64,000 bases of DNA from Candidatus Aminicenantales bacterium (GCA_049515535.1 JBEKTZ010000004.1:124001-188000); one strand, 5' to 3'. Positions 16,812 through 26,935 are shown, numbered from the stretch's first letter. The notes: generated by a model from the sequence alone, not told the origin. A program made the numbers and translations.

Positions 16812-18062
16812 ATGGCGAAAAAAAACACAACCCTGGGAATTCTCCTGACCATCATAGGACTGGGGTTCTCGTTGGCCGCCGGCCAGGATGCGGCCGGAGA
16901 TAAATCACTCAGCCTTAAAATCGGCGATCCCCGGACCAAGGATAAGACGATAGATGTCGCTCCGAATGAATGCTATTCGGCCGAAACGGGGAAGGCCCTT
17001 CCCTTCCTCAAGATGATCCAGGAGATGAAGACCGTCCCCCTCGTCTACATCGGCGAGACGCACAATTCTCTTCCCATGCACGATCTCCAGTTCAAGATCA
17101 TCCAGGCCCTCTATGAGCAGGACCGGAACATCGCCCTGGGACTGGAGATGTTCCCCGTGACCTCTCAGGACGTCTTGAATATGTGGAGTCTGGGCGTCAT
17201 GTCCGTCGATCAATTCCTTCGGGAAGCCCAATGGTACATCCAGTGGAATTTCAATTTCGGCTATTACAGGAAAATCTTCGTTTTCGCCAAAGAGAACAAG
17301 ATCCCGATTTACGCCCTCAATGCGCCGAAGGATATCATCACCAAGATCCGAATGACGGGCTGGGACGCGCTTCGCGACGAAGAAAAAGCGATCGTCCCCA
17401 AGCCGGATCTGACCCACCCCGAGCACCGGCAGCTCATCCGGACCATCTTCGAAAGCGCCGATATTCCGGCGGCGATGAGGGGCGCCGGCCTGGACATGAT
17501 GTTCGAAGGCCTCTATCGGGCCCAGGCCTCCTGGGACCATGTCATGGCGGCCAACGCGCTCGAGGCGCTGCGTAAAGAGCGGAAGAAAATGATCGTCCTG
17601 GCCGGATCCGGCCACCTGATATACAACCTGGGAATCAACATGCGCGCGTTCTCAAAGAGCCGGCTGCCGTTCAAGACCGTCATCAGCGTCTTTGTGGCGA
17701 AAGGACGGAGCTCGGCGACCGTCGCCGGGAGCCTCGGGGATTACCTCTACGGCATTTTCGAAGAAGAGCGTCCGGCTTATCCCTCGGTCGGAATCGGTTT
17801 CAAGACGGTCAAGGGGCTCGACAATCTTGTCATCGAGGCCAAACCGATGGACGGCGTCGCGCGGGGGCAGGATTTCGAAAAAGGCGACATCGTCCTGGCC
17901 GTGGACGGCAAGGAATTCAACGATGTCAATGAACTGCGGCTCTCCCTGGCCCGCTTCCATTGGGACGATGAAGTTAAATTTCGCATCCTGCGAGCCGGAC
18001 AGGAAAAGGACGTCGTTCTGAAATTCAAGAGCGAGCCGCCGGCCCCCGAGACGAAGAGATAA
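16812..18062 (+). CDS. Exported ChaN-family (EreA/ChaN/Tiki-like) protein with C-terminal PDZ domain
   Basis: ATG after AAGGAGG; signal peptide; YIGETH, LGLEMF, WDHVMA, VLAGSGH; KGDIVLAVDG PDZ motif. Confidence 0.8.
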   Translation: MAKKNTTLGILLTIIGLGFSLAAGQDAAGDKSLSLKIGDPRTKDKTIDVAPNECYSAETGKALPFLKMIQEMKTVPLVYIGETHNSLPMHDLQFKIIQALYEQDRNIALGLEMFPVTSQDVLNMWSLGVMSVDQFLREAQWYIQWNFNFGYYRKIFVFAKENKIPIYALNAPKDIITKIRMTGWDALRDEEKAIVPKPDLTHPEHRQLIRTIFESADIPAAMRGAGLDMMFEGLYRAQASWDHVMAANALEALRKERKKMIVLAGSGHLIYNLGINMRAFSKSRLPFKTVISVFVAKGRSSATVAGSLGDYLYGIFEEERPAYPSVGIGFKTVKGLDNLVIEAKPMDGVARGQDFEKGDIVLAVDGKEFNDVNELRLSLARFHWDDEVKFRILRAGQEKDVVLKFKSEPPAPETKR

Positions 18063-18098
18063 AAACTCGGAACGCGATCCGAGGACCGCGTTTATACG

Positions 18099-18199
18099 TT
18101 CGACGGCGCAAACCCCCGATTTTTAAATCGGGGTAAAAAGCACCGCTCAGTATTAACCCTGAATATACCCCGGGCTTCAGCCCGGGGAGTTGAATGGGT
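18099..18199. repeat. REP/REPIN-like double-hairpin element
   Basis: TTCGAC..[CCCCGATTT-TT-AAATCGGGG]..GCTCAG, then CCTGAA..[CCCCGGGCT-TC-AGCCCGGGG]..GTTGAA, between convergent genes. Confidence 0.6.
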
Positions 18200-19108
18200 T
18201 TATTTCTTTTCCGTCAATTCCAGGTAAATCACTTCGACCAGGCTCGGCCAGCGGCGACCCGCCGGGACTCCGGCCTGATCCGCGATGCCGAAGGCTTGCT
18301 TGATCTCGTCCAGCGTCTGACCGGCCTTGATCATGTCCTTCACCTTCGCCTGCTTTTCTTCGATGGAGGACGACAGCCCTTGAATGTCCTTTATCGTCAA
18401 GGGATCGTTGTGGCCGGAAATGAACGTTTCCGCGTCGAGTTCGAGGATCTTTTTGAGGTTGGCGACGAGCCCGAAGGATGTCCCTCCCTTTTCGCGGTGA
18501 ATCAATGGGTCGCGGCCGATGAAGGCGAGGTCGCCGATGAACGCGATTTTTTCAGCGGGGAAGAAAACGACGACGTCGCCGCTCGTGTGCGCCGGGCCGA
18601 AATAAAGCAGGCGGATTTCTTCCCCGAGGCCTTTCAGATCGAAATTGTCGGTGAAGGTTTGATTTGGCAGGTAGGCCAAGAGCGGTTTCAAGGCGGCGTC
18701 CTTTTGGAAAGCCTCTTCCATGTCCTTTTTGGTCCGAGCGTGGGCGAGGATCTTGAGCCCTGTCGGAAATCCGCCCAGGCCGTTGACGTGGTCGCCGTCG
18801 CTGTGGGTGATGAGCACATGAGTGATCGGGAGGGGCGTGATCTTGCGGATCTCCGCGATCATCTGCTTGGCGGCATCCGCGGTCATCTTGGCGTCGATGA
18901 CGACGACGCCCTTGGCCCCGACGAAGAAGCCGCAGTTCGCCCCGCTGCCGCCTTTGACTATGAAGAGTTTGGCGGCATTGAGATTTCCCTTGATGAGTTG
19001 GACCGTGACCGGTAGTTCCTGAGGGGGTTGCTGAGAGGTGAGCTGGCAAAGTCCGAGAAAAAATAGCAAAAACAGGAAAATCGAAACCATTTTCATGACA
19101 TTGATCAT
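18200..19108 (-). CDS. Secreted metallo-beta-lactamase-fold hydrolase
   Basis: Signal peptide; VIDA, THSDGDH, AHTSGD, GDL, SGH; AGGAGG RBS. Confidence 0.85.
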   Translation of the reverse strand: MINVMKMVSIFLFLLFFLGLCQLTSQQPPQELPVTVQLIKGNLNAAKLFIVKGGSGANCGFFVGAKGVVVIDAKMTADAAKQMIAEIRKITPLPITHVLITHSDGDHVNGLGGFPTGLKILAHARTKKDMEEAFQKDAALKPLLAYLPNQTFTDNFDLKGLGEEIRLLYFGPAHTSGDVVVFFPAEKIAFIGDLAFIGRDPLIHREKGGTSFGLVANLKKILELDAETFISGHNDPLTIKDIQGLSSSIEEKQAKVKDMIKAGQTLDEIKQAFGIADQAGVPAGRRWPSLVEVIYLELTEKK

Positions 19109-19206
19109 ATCAACCTCCTATCAGACGGATATTTATACCCAAAACGCGCGGACATGTACATTCCCCCGGAAGGAAGCCGATTTCCCGCGCCGGTCGATTC
19201 AGATAA

Positions 19207-20142
19207 TCAGAGTTTGGTCTCTTCGGCGGTCTTCTTGACGGCGCCGATCGTCTTCTGGAGCATGGCGTTTTCTTCGTCGGTGAGCTTGATCCCGTAAATC
19301 TTCTCTACTCCCTTGGCGCTGATCAGGCACGGAACGCCGATGAAGAGGCCTTGGACGCCGTATTCGCCTTCGCAGAGGGCCGCGCAGGGGAGGATGCGGC
19401 GCTTGTCTTTTAGGTATGACTCGGCCATGACAATGGCGCTCCAGGCCGGGCTGAAGAAAGCGGACCCCTTGCCGAAGAGTTTCACGATCTCGGTGCCGGC
19501 CTCGCGGGTCCGGGTGGCGAGCTTGTCAATCTGTTCCTTCGTCGCGATCTCGTTCAGCGGGACGCCGCCGACCGTGGTCAAGCGGGGGAGGGGAACCATG
19601 TCGGGTCCGTGACCGCCCAAGACCGTTCCGGCCACATCCGCCACGGAGACGCCCAGCTCCATGGCGATGAAGGCGCGCCAGCGGGCCGTATCGAGGGCGC
19701 CGGCCATGCCGACGACCTGGCTCTTGGGAAAACCCGTCAGTTTATAAAAAGCATAGACCATCGCGTCGAGCGGGTTGGTGACGATGATGCAGAAGGCCTT
19801 GGGGGCATACTGCTTCACGCCGGCGGCGACCTGGGTGATGATCTGCAGGTTGACGGCGAGGAGGTCCTCGCGGGTCATGCCGGCCTGGCGCGGTTTGCCC
19901 GCGGTGACGATGACGACGTCGGCGCCCGCTAGGTCCTTGTAGTTGGACGTGCCGACGATGTTGGCGTCGTAGTTGCCGTGGGGAGCCATCTCCATGAGGT
20001 CGAGGGCTTTGCCCTTGGCCGGGTTCTCGAGCTCGGGGATGTCCAGGAGGACGATGTCCCCCATCTCTTTTTGTGCGGCGAGCATGGCCAGGATCTGGCC
20101 GATCTGGCCGCCGCCGATCAGGGCGATCTTCTTTCTCATCAA
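19207..20142 (-). CDS. mdh: Malate dehydrogenase (LDH-like)
   Basis: GGGQIG, TAGKPRQAGMTREDL (Arg at the MDH specificity position), TNPLD, LGGHG. Confidence 0.92.
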   Translation of the reverse strand: MMRKKIALIGGGQIGQILAMLAAQKEMGDIVLLDIPELENPAKGKALDLMEMAPHGNYDANIVGTSNYKDLAGADVVIVTAGKPRQAGMTREDLLAVNLQIITQVAAGVKQYAPKAFCIIVTNPLDAMVYAFYKLTGFPKSQVVGMAGALDTARWRAFIAMELGVSVADVAGTVLGGHGPDMVPLPRLTTVGGVPLNEIATKEQIDKLATRTREAGTEIVKLFGKGSAFFSPAWSAIVMAESYLKDKRRILPCAALCEGEYGVQGLFIGVPCLISAKGVEKIYGIKLTDEENAMLQKTIGAVKKTAEETKL

Positions 20143-20191
20143 CGCATCTCCTTTTTCAGAATTTAATGTATCGTCGGATCTGAGCCGACGC

Positions 20192-21391
20192 TTAGCCTTT
20201 GACGTAGCCTTCCCAGGTCGAAGCGAGCTTCGGGCTTTGCAGCCAGTCCATGACGTAATCGGTGTAGGCTTTTCCCGTCGCTCCGTTGGGCCGGCCCGTG
20301 ATGCTCATCTTCTTTTCATACTGGCCGCAGATGTCGAGGGCCATTTCAAGGTTCTTGCCCTTCTGCGGATAGCCGATGTGGCCGACGAGCATCGCTGCAG
20401 CCCGGATCATGCTGCACGGATCGGCGTATTGGGCGCGACCTTCCGTCACCATGCGCGGGGCCGAGCCGTGGATGGCTTCGAACATCGCGTACTGTTTTCC
20501 GATGTTAGCGCTGCCCGCCGTGCCGACGCCGCCCTGGAACTCGGCCGCTTCGTCGGTCAGGATGTCGCCGTAGAGGTTCGGAAGGACCATGACCTGAAAA
20601 TCGCGGCGGCGCTTCTCGTCCACCAGCTTGGCCGTCATGATATCGATGTACCAGTCATCAGCTTCGATGCCGGGATATTCCTTGGCGATGCGGTAGAAGT
20701 TCTCGAGGAAACGGCCGTCGGTCGTCTTGATGACGTTGGCCTTCGTGACGCAAGTCACTTTCTTGCGGCCGAATTTCTTGGCCTGCTCAAAGGCGAGCCT
20801 GCAGATGCGGTCCGCGCCGGGCGCGGAGATCAGGCGGAAGTCGATGGCGATGTCGGCATCCACTTCGATACCGTAGGGGCCGAGGGCGTAGAGGTCTTCG
20901 GTGTTCTCTCTGAAGAAGAGCCAGTCGATGCCCTGTTTGGGGATCTTGACCGGCCGGACGTTGGCGAAGAGGTCCAATTCCTTCCTCACGGCCACGTTGC
21001 AGCTTTCGATGTTCGGCCAGGGGTCGCCTTTTCGGGGGGTGGTCGTGGGACCCTTCAGTATGACGTGGCATTTCTTGATCTCGGTCAAGACGTCGTCCGG
21101 AATCGCTTTTTTGAGGGCGGCGCGGTTCTCGATAGTCAATCCCTCGATGTCGTTGATGACGACGTTGCCCGCCTTGACTTTGTCTTTGAGCAGAAAGTGC
21201 AGAACGCGTTTGGACTCCGCGGCGATGAACGGACCGATGCCGTCGCCGGCGAGAATGCCGATTTTAAGCGGCTTGATTTTGTTATAGTCGATCCAGTCCG
21301 GCATGGCTTTGACTTTTTCCATGCGCTTCATCTGGATTTCGAGCAGTTTGCCGAAATGCTCTTTGGCTCTGTCGATAGCAGCGTTATCCAT
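20192..21391 (-). CDS. icd: Isocitrate dehydrogenase (isocitrate/isopropylmalate dehydrogenase family)
   Basis: GDGIGP, KGPTTTP, ESCNVAVRKELDLFANVRP, RENTEDLY, KANV, NLYGDILTD, HGSAP; flanked by mdh and acnB. Confidence 0.8.
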   Translation of the reverse strand: MDNAAIDRAKEHFGKLLEIQMKRMEKVKAMPDWIDYNKIKPLKIGILAGDGIGPFIAAESKRVLHFLLKDKVKAGNVVINDIEGLTIENRAALKKAIPDDVLTEIKKCHVILKGPTTTPRKGDPWPNIESCNVAVRKELDLFANVRPVKIPKQGIDWLFFRENTEDLYALGPYGIEVDADIAIDFRLISAPGADRICRLAFEQAKKFGRKKVTCVTKANVIKTTDGRFLENFYRIAKEYPGIEADDWYIDIMTAKLVDEKRRRDFQVMVLPNLYGDILTDEAAEFQGGVGTAGSANIGKQYAMFEAIHGSAPRMVTEGRAQYADPCSMIRAAAMLVGHIGYPQKGKNLEMALDICGQYEKKMSITGRPNGATGKAYTDYVMDWLQSPKLASTWEGYVKG

Positions 21392-21571
21392 AATTTCGTC
21401 CTCCCTTGGATAATCATATGAGATTTATAAAGGAAGAGAAGGTATAATATACATCTTTTCAGGAGAAAAATCAATAGAAAGGCGCCATATAAAATAAAAT
21501 TCGTTTTGACAATTTCGGCCAAAACCATTTATAAACTAGGGGATGATTCCGACATCATAATGGAGAACGCC

Positions 21572-24112
21572 ATGCTGGAAAAATATTTTGAACAAGAAGT
21601 CGAACGAAAGATGCTGGGAATTCTCCCCTTGCCTCTGAGCCCGGAAGAGACGGCAGAAGTCTGCGGTCTTCTGGAGGACCCGCCAAAGGGCCGGGGGGTT
21701 GTTCTTTTGAATCTGTTGAAACATCGGATCGCGCCGGGCGTCGACCCTTCGGCCAAGGTCAAAGCGGAGTGGCTTGCCCGTGCGGCGAAAGGCGATATCG
21801 TGTCGCCGGCCGTGTCCCGGACGGACGCCGTTTTCATGCTCGGAACCATGCTGGGAGGTTACAACGTGGGGCCGCTGGTGTCATTCCTGGACGATCGAGC
21901 GCTGGCGAAAACCGCCGCGGACGCCTTGAAACACACCATCCTTGTCTATGGCGCTTTCGACGCGATAGCCCGCCTCGCCTCGGTGAACGGCTATGCTAAA
22001 AACGTGCTCGAATCTTGGGCGAACGGCGAGTGGTTCCTCTCCAGACCGGCGTTTCCGGAAACATTCACCTTGAAAGTCTTCAAGGTGGACGGCGAAATCA
22101 ATACCGATGATTTCTCCCCGGCGAAACACGCTGCGACCAGACCCGATATCCCCCTCCATGCCCTGGCCATGGGAGAGACGAGATTTCCGGACGGGATCAA
22201 GACCATCGCTCAGTTCCGTGCCGAAGGGCATCGAGTCGTCTTCGTCGGCGATGTGGTCGGCACGGGGTCGTCGCGCAAATCCGCCTGTAATTCCGTCATG
22301 TGGCATATCGGCGAAGACATTCCCTTTGTCCCGAACAAACGGAGAGGGGGAGTGGTCATCGGAGGTTTGATCGCGCCGATCTTCTTCAACACGACCGAGG
22401 ATTCGGGGGGACTTCCCATCAAGGCCGACGTGGCGAAACTCAAAACGGGCGATGTCATCAAGCTGGATACCAAAACCGGAACTCTCAGGACGGCGGCGGG
22501 TGATGTCCTGGCCGAATTCGAATTCAAGCCCGCGACAATCAAGGATGAGTTCCGCGCCGGCGGCCGGTTAAATCTGATCATCGGCCGGGCCCTGACGAAT
22601 AAGGCGCGCGCCGCTCTCGGTTTCGCGGACGCCGAATTTTTCACCCGGCTGGAGAATCCCCGGCCGAAGGACGGCCAGGGGTATTCCCAGGCGCAGAAGA
22701 TCGTGGGCAAGGCCTGCAGCGTCGACGGTATTCTTCCCGGCTCGGCCTGTGAACCGAAAATGACGACGGTCGGTTCCCAGGATACCACGGGCCCGATGAC
22801 CGCCGACGAGCTCAAAGAGCTGGCCTGCCTGGGATTTCAGGCCGATCTCTTCATGCAATCATTCTGCCATACGGCCGCCTATCCGAAGCCGGCGGACGTC
22901 AAAATGCACAGATCCCTTCCTCAATTCATCGTCGAGCGCAAAGGCGTCTCGCTCAAGCCCGGGGACGGCGTCATTCACTCCTGGCTGAACAGGCTTATTC
23001 TCCCCGATACCATGGGGACGGGCGGAGATTCCCATACCCGTTTTCCGATCGGGTTGAGCTTCCCGGCCGGTTCCGGCCTCGTGGCTTTCGCCGGCGCCCT
23101 CGGTTTCATGCCTCTCGATATGCCGGAATCCGTTCTGATCCGGTTCAAAGGGACGCTCAATCCCGGCATCACCCTGCGGGATGTCGTCAACGCCATCCCC
23201 TTTTTCGCGATCAAAAAGGGCTTTCTGACCGTCGCGAAAAAGGGAAAGAAAAATATCTTCAATGGCCGTGTCCTCGAGATGGAAGGCCTGTCCAACCTGA
23301 CCGTGGACCAGGCCTACGAGCTGACCGACGCATCCGCGGAGCGCTCGGCGGCCGGGAGCGTCATCGCTCTCCAACCCGAAAAAGTCGCCAAATTCCTCAA
23401 GAGCAATATTGCCCTCATGAAAAAGATGATCGAACAAGGCTATCAGGACGCTGAGACCCTCAAGAGACGGATCGCTGCCGGTGAAAGATGGTTGGAAAAG
23501 CCCGCTCTGCTCGAGCGCGATAAGCAAGCCGAATACGCGGCCGTTCTCGATATAGACCTGGCCGAAATCAAAGAGCCCATCCTGGCCTGCCCGAATGATC
23601 CGGACGACGTCAAGCTCCTATCGGAGGTCGCCGGCGATAAAATAGAAGAGGTCTTCATCGGATCGTGCATGGTCAATATCGGCCATTTCCGGGCGGCCGG
23701 GAAGATCTTTGACAAAGCCGGCTATCCGAAAACCCGAATCTGGATAACGCCGCCGACGAAGATGGACGAGATCCAGCTCAAGAAAGAAGGCACTTATGCG
23801 ATCTATTCCCAAGTCGGAGCGCGGACGGAAATCCCGGGCTGTTCGCTGTGCATGGGAAACCAGGCCCGCGTCCAACCCGGAGTGACGATCATTTCGACTT
23901 CGACCCGGAACTTCGACGACCGGATGGGCGATGGTGCGCGCGTGTATCTCGGTTCGGCGGAATTGTCGGCCATCGCCGCACTCAAGGGGAAAATCCCGTC
24001 TCCGGAGGAATATTTCGCGGTCATGCGGGAGAAAGTCCTCCCCTTCGCCGCGGACATCTATCGTTATCACCAATTCGACGAGATGAAAGATTTTTCGCTG
24101 TCGTACGTATGA
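21572..24112 (+). CDS. acnB: Aconitate hydratase B
   Basis: LGTMLGGYN, GTGSSRKSA, GSQDTTGPMT, QSFCHTA, GGDSHTRFP, FIGSCM, PGCSLCMGNQA; ATG after GGAG. Confidence 0.96.
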   Translation: MLEKYFEQEVERKMLGILPLPLSPEETAEVCGLLEDPPKGRGVVLLNLLKHRIAPGVDPSAKVKAEWLARAAKGDIVSPAVSRTDAVFMLGTMLGGYNVGPLVSFLDDRALAKTAADALKHTILVYGAFDAIARLASVNGYAKNVLESWANGEWFLSRPAFPETFTLKVFKVDGEINTDDFSPAKHAATRPDIPLHALAMGETRFPDGIKTIAQFRAEGHRVVFVGDVVGTGSSRKSACNSVMWHIGEDIPFVPNKRRGGVVIGGLIAPIFFNTTEDSGGLPIKADVAKLKTGDVIKLDTKTGTLRTAAGDVLAEFEFKPATIKDEFRAGGRLNLIIGRALTNKARAALGFADAEFFTRLENPRPKDGQGYSQAQKIVGKACSVDGILPGSACEPKMTTVGSQDTTGPMTADELKELACLGFQADLFMQSFCHTAAYPKPADVKMHRSLPQFIVERKGVSLKPGDGVIHSWLNRLILPDTMGTGGDSHTRFPIGLSFPAGSGLVAFAGALGFMPLDMPESVLIRFKGTLNPGITLRDVVNAIPFFAIKKGFLTVAKKGKKNIFNGRVLEMEGLSNLTVDQAYELTDASAERSAAGSVIALQPEKVAKFLKSNIALMKKMIEQGYQDAETLKRRIAAGERWLEKPALLERDKQAEYAAVLDIDLAEIKEPILACPNDPDDVKLLSEVAGDKIEEVFIGSCMVNIGHFRAAGKIFDKAGYPKTRIWITPPTKMDEIQLKKEGTYAIYSQVGARTEIPGCSLCMGNQARVQPGVTIISTSTRNFDDRMGDGARVYLGSAELSAIAALKGKIPSPEEYFAVMREKVLPFAADIYRYHQFDEMKDFSLSYV

Positions 24113-24187
24113 TCCGAAATCCGTTCAAGTCTTTAATATTGAAGGAAAAAAGGAATTATTAAAATTGAGCAGGGAGAAGGTGAGACC

Positions 24188-24946
24188 ATGATATCTTTAA
24201 AAGGCCGGACGACCCTCATCACCGGCGGTTCTCGCGGCATCGGCCGCGCGGCCGCTATTCTTTTAGCCGAGGCCGGAAGCGACATCGCGTTCAATTATGC
24301 CTGCCGGGAGAAAGCCGCCCTCGAAGTCAAAGCCGAAGTCGAGAAAAGGGGCCGCAACTGCTTGATTTATAAGACCGATATATCCCATGAAGTCGAAGTC
24401 GTCAGCATGGTGGGCGACATCATCGAAAAATGGCGACATATCGACATCCTGGTCAACAATGCCGGGATATGGACCTATCTCGAGATGGGGGCTATGAACG
24501 CGGATATTCTGAAGGAGACTATCGAGGTTAACCTCAATAGCATGTTCTACTTCTGTAATGCCGTAGTTCCTCATATGAAGAAAAACAGGCTCGGCTGGAT
24601 CATCAACATCGGCTCGACGGCCGGGGTCAGGGGGGAGGCCTTGCATTCCCACTACGCCGCAACTAAAGGGGCGATGCATGCCTTCACGAAATCGCTCGCG
24701 GCGGAATTGGGCCCCTGGAATATCCGGGTCAACTGTGTCGCCCCAGGTTGGGTCGATACGGATATGTGCACCCAGGTTTTTAGCGACGCGGCTTTCAAAG
24801 AGAGCGTCGTCCAGTCCATTCCTCTGAGGCGGATCCCCCCTCCCGAAGATATTGCCGGACCCATCCTCTTCCTGGCCTCCGACCTGGCCCGCCATGTCAA
24901 CGGCGCCATTATTAACGTCAACGGAGGGTCAGTCCTTTGCGGCTGA
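24188..24946 (+). CDS. Short-chain dehydrogenase/reductase (FabG-like)
   Basis: TGGSRGIG, NNAG, YAATK, PGWVDT. Confidence 0.88.
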   Translation: MISLKGRTTLITGGSRGIGRAAAILLAEAGSDIAFNYACREKAALEVKAEVEKRGRNCLIYKTDISHEVEVVSMVGDIIEKWRHIDILVNNAGIWTYLEMGAMNADILKETIEVNLNSMFYFCNAVVPHMKKNRLGWIINIGSTAGVRGEALHSHYAATKGAMHAFTKSLAAELGPWNIRVNCVAPGWVDTDMCTQVFSDAAFKESVVQSIPLRRIPPPEDIAGPILFLASDLARHVNGAIINVNGGSVLCG

Positions 24947-25023
24947 TTGAAGTTTTTGCCAAAACTAAACGCTTGACATCGAAAAGAGCCTTGTGGTAAT
25001 CAAGTAGTCGTATTCGTGATATA

Positions 25024-25914
25024 ATGGGAAAAAAGTTTCTCTCTTTAATCGTCATTCCTCATACGAAATCCAGATCCAGGACTCTTTCGTTTTCGAAAAG
25101 GATGATCAAGGGCATAGTTTGGACCGCGATCATCTGCGGTGTTCTCCTGGCTCTCGTGACGATCGATTACGTCCGGATCCGGCTTTCCAGCCAAAGCTAT
25201 CAGGCTCTTCTCAAAGAGAGCCGCCAACAGAAGGAGACGCTCAAGCAATATGAAGGCTCGATCGGGGAACTTCAGGCGAAAGTGAAGGGGTTCGAAGACC
25301 GCATCAAGATCCTGAACCTCTGGGCCGGCTTCAAATCTCCCGATAAGCTGGAAAATCCGGGCGTGGGCGATTATCCAAGGGACGGGCAGGGAATTCCGGG
25401 CTCGGCTCCCCAGCTATCCACAAGCAACCTTCAGACCATCCAGCAGAAAACGGACGACATCCAGAAGAATCTCGATACGCTATCGAATTTCTTCGAAAGC
25501 CAAAGCGCCCGGCTGGCGTCGACGCCGACCATCAAGCCCATCGAGGGAGGCTTGATCACATCGGGTTTCGGCTGGCGAAAAGATCCCTTTACCGGCAAGC
25601 AGGCCTTTCATTACGGGATTGATCTCCTTGCCGCGTGGGGAAATCCCGTCATCGCCCCGGCCGACGGTTTTGTCGCGAAAATCAGTACCGATATTTTTTA
25701 TGGGAAATCCATCCTCCTGAGCCACGGGCTCGGCATATCGACGCTCTATGGACATTTGAGCAAGATCACGGTCCGAGAAGGCCAAAGGGTGAAACGGGGA
25801 GACGTGATCGGCAATGTCGGAAATACCGGAAAAGCGCTGGGTCCCCATCTCCACTATGAAGTTCACGTCAACGATAAGCCCGTGAACCCTTATTACTATC
25901 TGCTGGACGAATAA
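25024..25914 (+). CDS. M23 family peptidase (membrane anchor, coiled coil, LytM domain)
   Basis: HYGID, YGHL, HLHYEV. Confidence 0.9.
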   Translation: MGKKFLSLIVIPHTKSRSRTLSFSKRMIKGIVWTAIICGVLLALVTIDYVRIRLSSQSYQALLKESRQQKETLKQYEGSIGELQAKVKGFEDRIKILNLWAGFKSPDKLENPGVGDYPRDGQGIPGSAPQLSTSNLQTIQQKTDDIQKNLDTLSNFFESQSARLASTPTIKPIEGGLITSGFGWRKDPFTGKQAFHYGIDLLAAWGNPVIAPADGFVAKISTDIFYGKSILLSHGLGISTLYGHLSKITVREGQRVKRGDVIGNVGNTGKALGPHLHYEVHVNDKPVNPYYYLLDE

Positions 25915-25930
25915 TTTCCGGCCGGCCTTT

Positions 25931-26935
25931 TTAACCCAAGATATCCGAAAGCCCGATTTTTCCGCTCAACGTGTAAGCGTGAGCTTCCATCGCGCCCTTG
26001 CTTTCGGGCTGAAGACGCAAGATCCGGTAGATCGTTTTATTTTTGCAACAGACGTCCAGCCCTTCTTTGGACACGGAAAGCACTTTTCCAGGCTCGTCCG
26101 CGGCGGCCGGGCCGGCCAAAGCCCTTCCCTTGAGGATGATGAGTCTTTGACCCCGGAGGAACGTGAAAGCCGAAGGGCGAGGTGAAAATGCCCTGACTTT
26201 CCTGTCGATCAGCCCGGCGTCCATGGACCAAACGATCTTGCCGTCCTCTTTCTTAATCTTGGGGGCTAAGCAAGCCAATGAATGATCCTGGGGCAGGGGC
26301 GTGATGCTCTCAAGATGGGACAGAGTATCGAGGAGGAGGCCGGCGCCGATTTCAGCCAGCCGGCTCTCAAGTTCTCCCGCGTTTTCTCCGGCGAAGATGT
26401 CCGTTTCCGTCGCGGAAAGGATATCGCCTTCGTCCATTTTCGCGTTCAGACGAATGATGGTGACTCCCGTCTTTGTCTCGCCGTTCAGGATGGCCCAGGA
26501 TACCGGAGAAGCGCCCCTGTATTTAGGCAATAGAGAGAAATGAACATTGAGGGATTTGTGACGGGGAAGATCGATGATCGAAGTCGGTATGATCTGGCCA
26601 TAGGCGACGACGACGTGGACATCGGCCTGAACGTCCCGGATCGCCGCGAAAGCGGCGGCTTCCGTCCGGATACGCTCGGGTTGGCTAATGGCGATGCCGC
26701 GTTCGAGGGCGAATTTCTTAATGGGACCCGCGGTCACCTTTTTGCCCCGTCCGGCCGGCCGGTCCGGCTGCGTCACCACGAGATCCACTTCGTAGCCGGC
26801 CTTAAGGAGCCGGGCGAACGAAGGGAGTGCGGCTTCCGGACTGCCGAAAAAAACGACGCGCATTAGGGCTTGCCCGGCTTGGCCTTCTTTTTGAACCTTT
26901 TTTTTATCAGGCTGCGTTTGAGCGGCGAGAGCCAT
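25931..26935 (-). CDS. fmt: Methionyl-tRNA formyltransferase (true start may be the downstream MRVVFFGS)
   Basis: FFGSP, TQPDRPAGRG, NVHFSLLPKYRGASP, MDEGD. Confidence 0.93.
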   Translation of the reverse strand: MALAAQTQPDKKKVQKEGQAGQALMRVVFFGSPEAALPSFARLLKAGYEVDLVVTQPDRPAGRGKKVTAGPIKKFALERGIAISQPERIRTEAAAFAAIRDVQADVHVVVAYGQIIPTSIIDLPRHKSLNVHFSLLPKYRGASPVSWAILNGETKTGVTIIRLNAKMDEGDILSATETDIFAGENAGELESRLAEIGAGLLLDTLSHLESITPLPQDHSLACLAPKIKKEDGKIVWSMDAGLIDRKVRAFSPRPSAFTFLRGQRLIILKGRALAGPAAADEPGKVLSVSKEGLDVCCKNKTIYRILRLQPESKGAMEAHAYTLSGKIGLSDILG

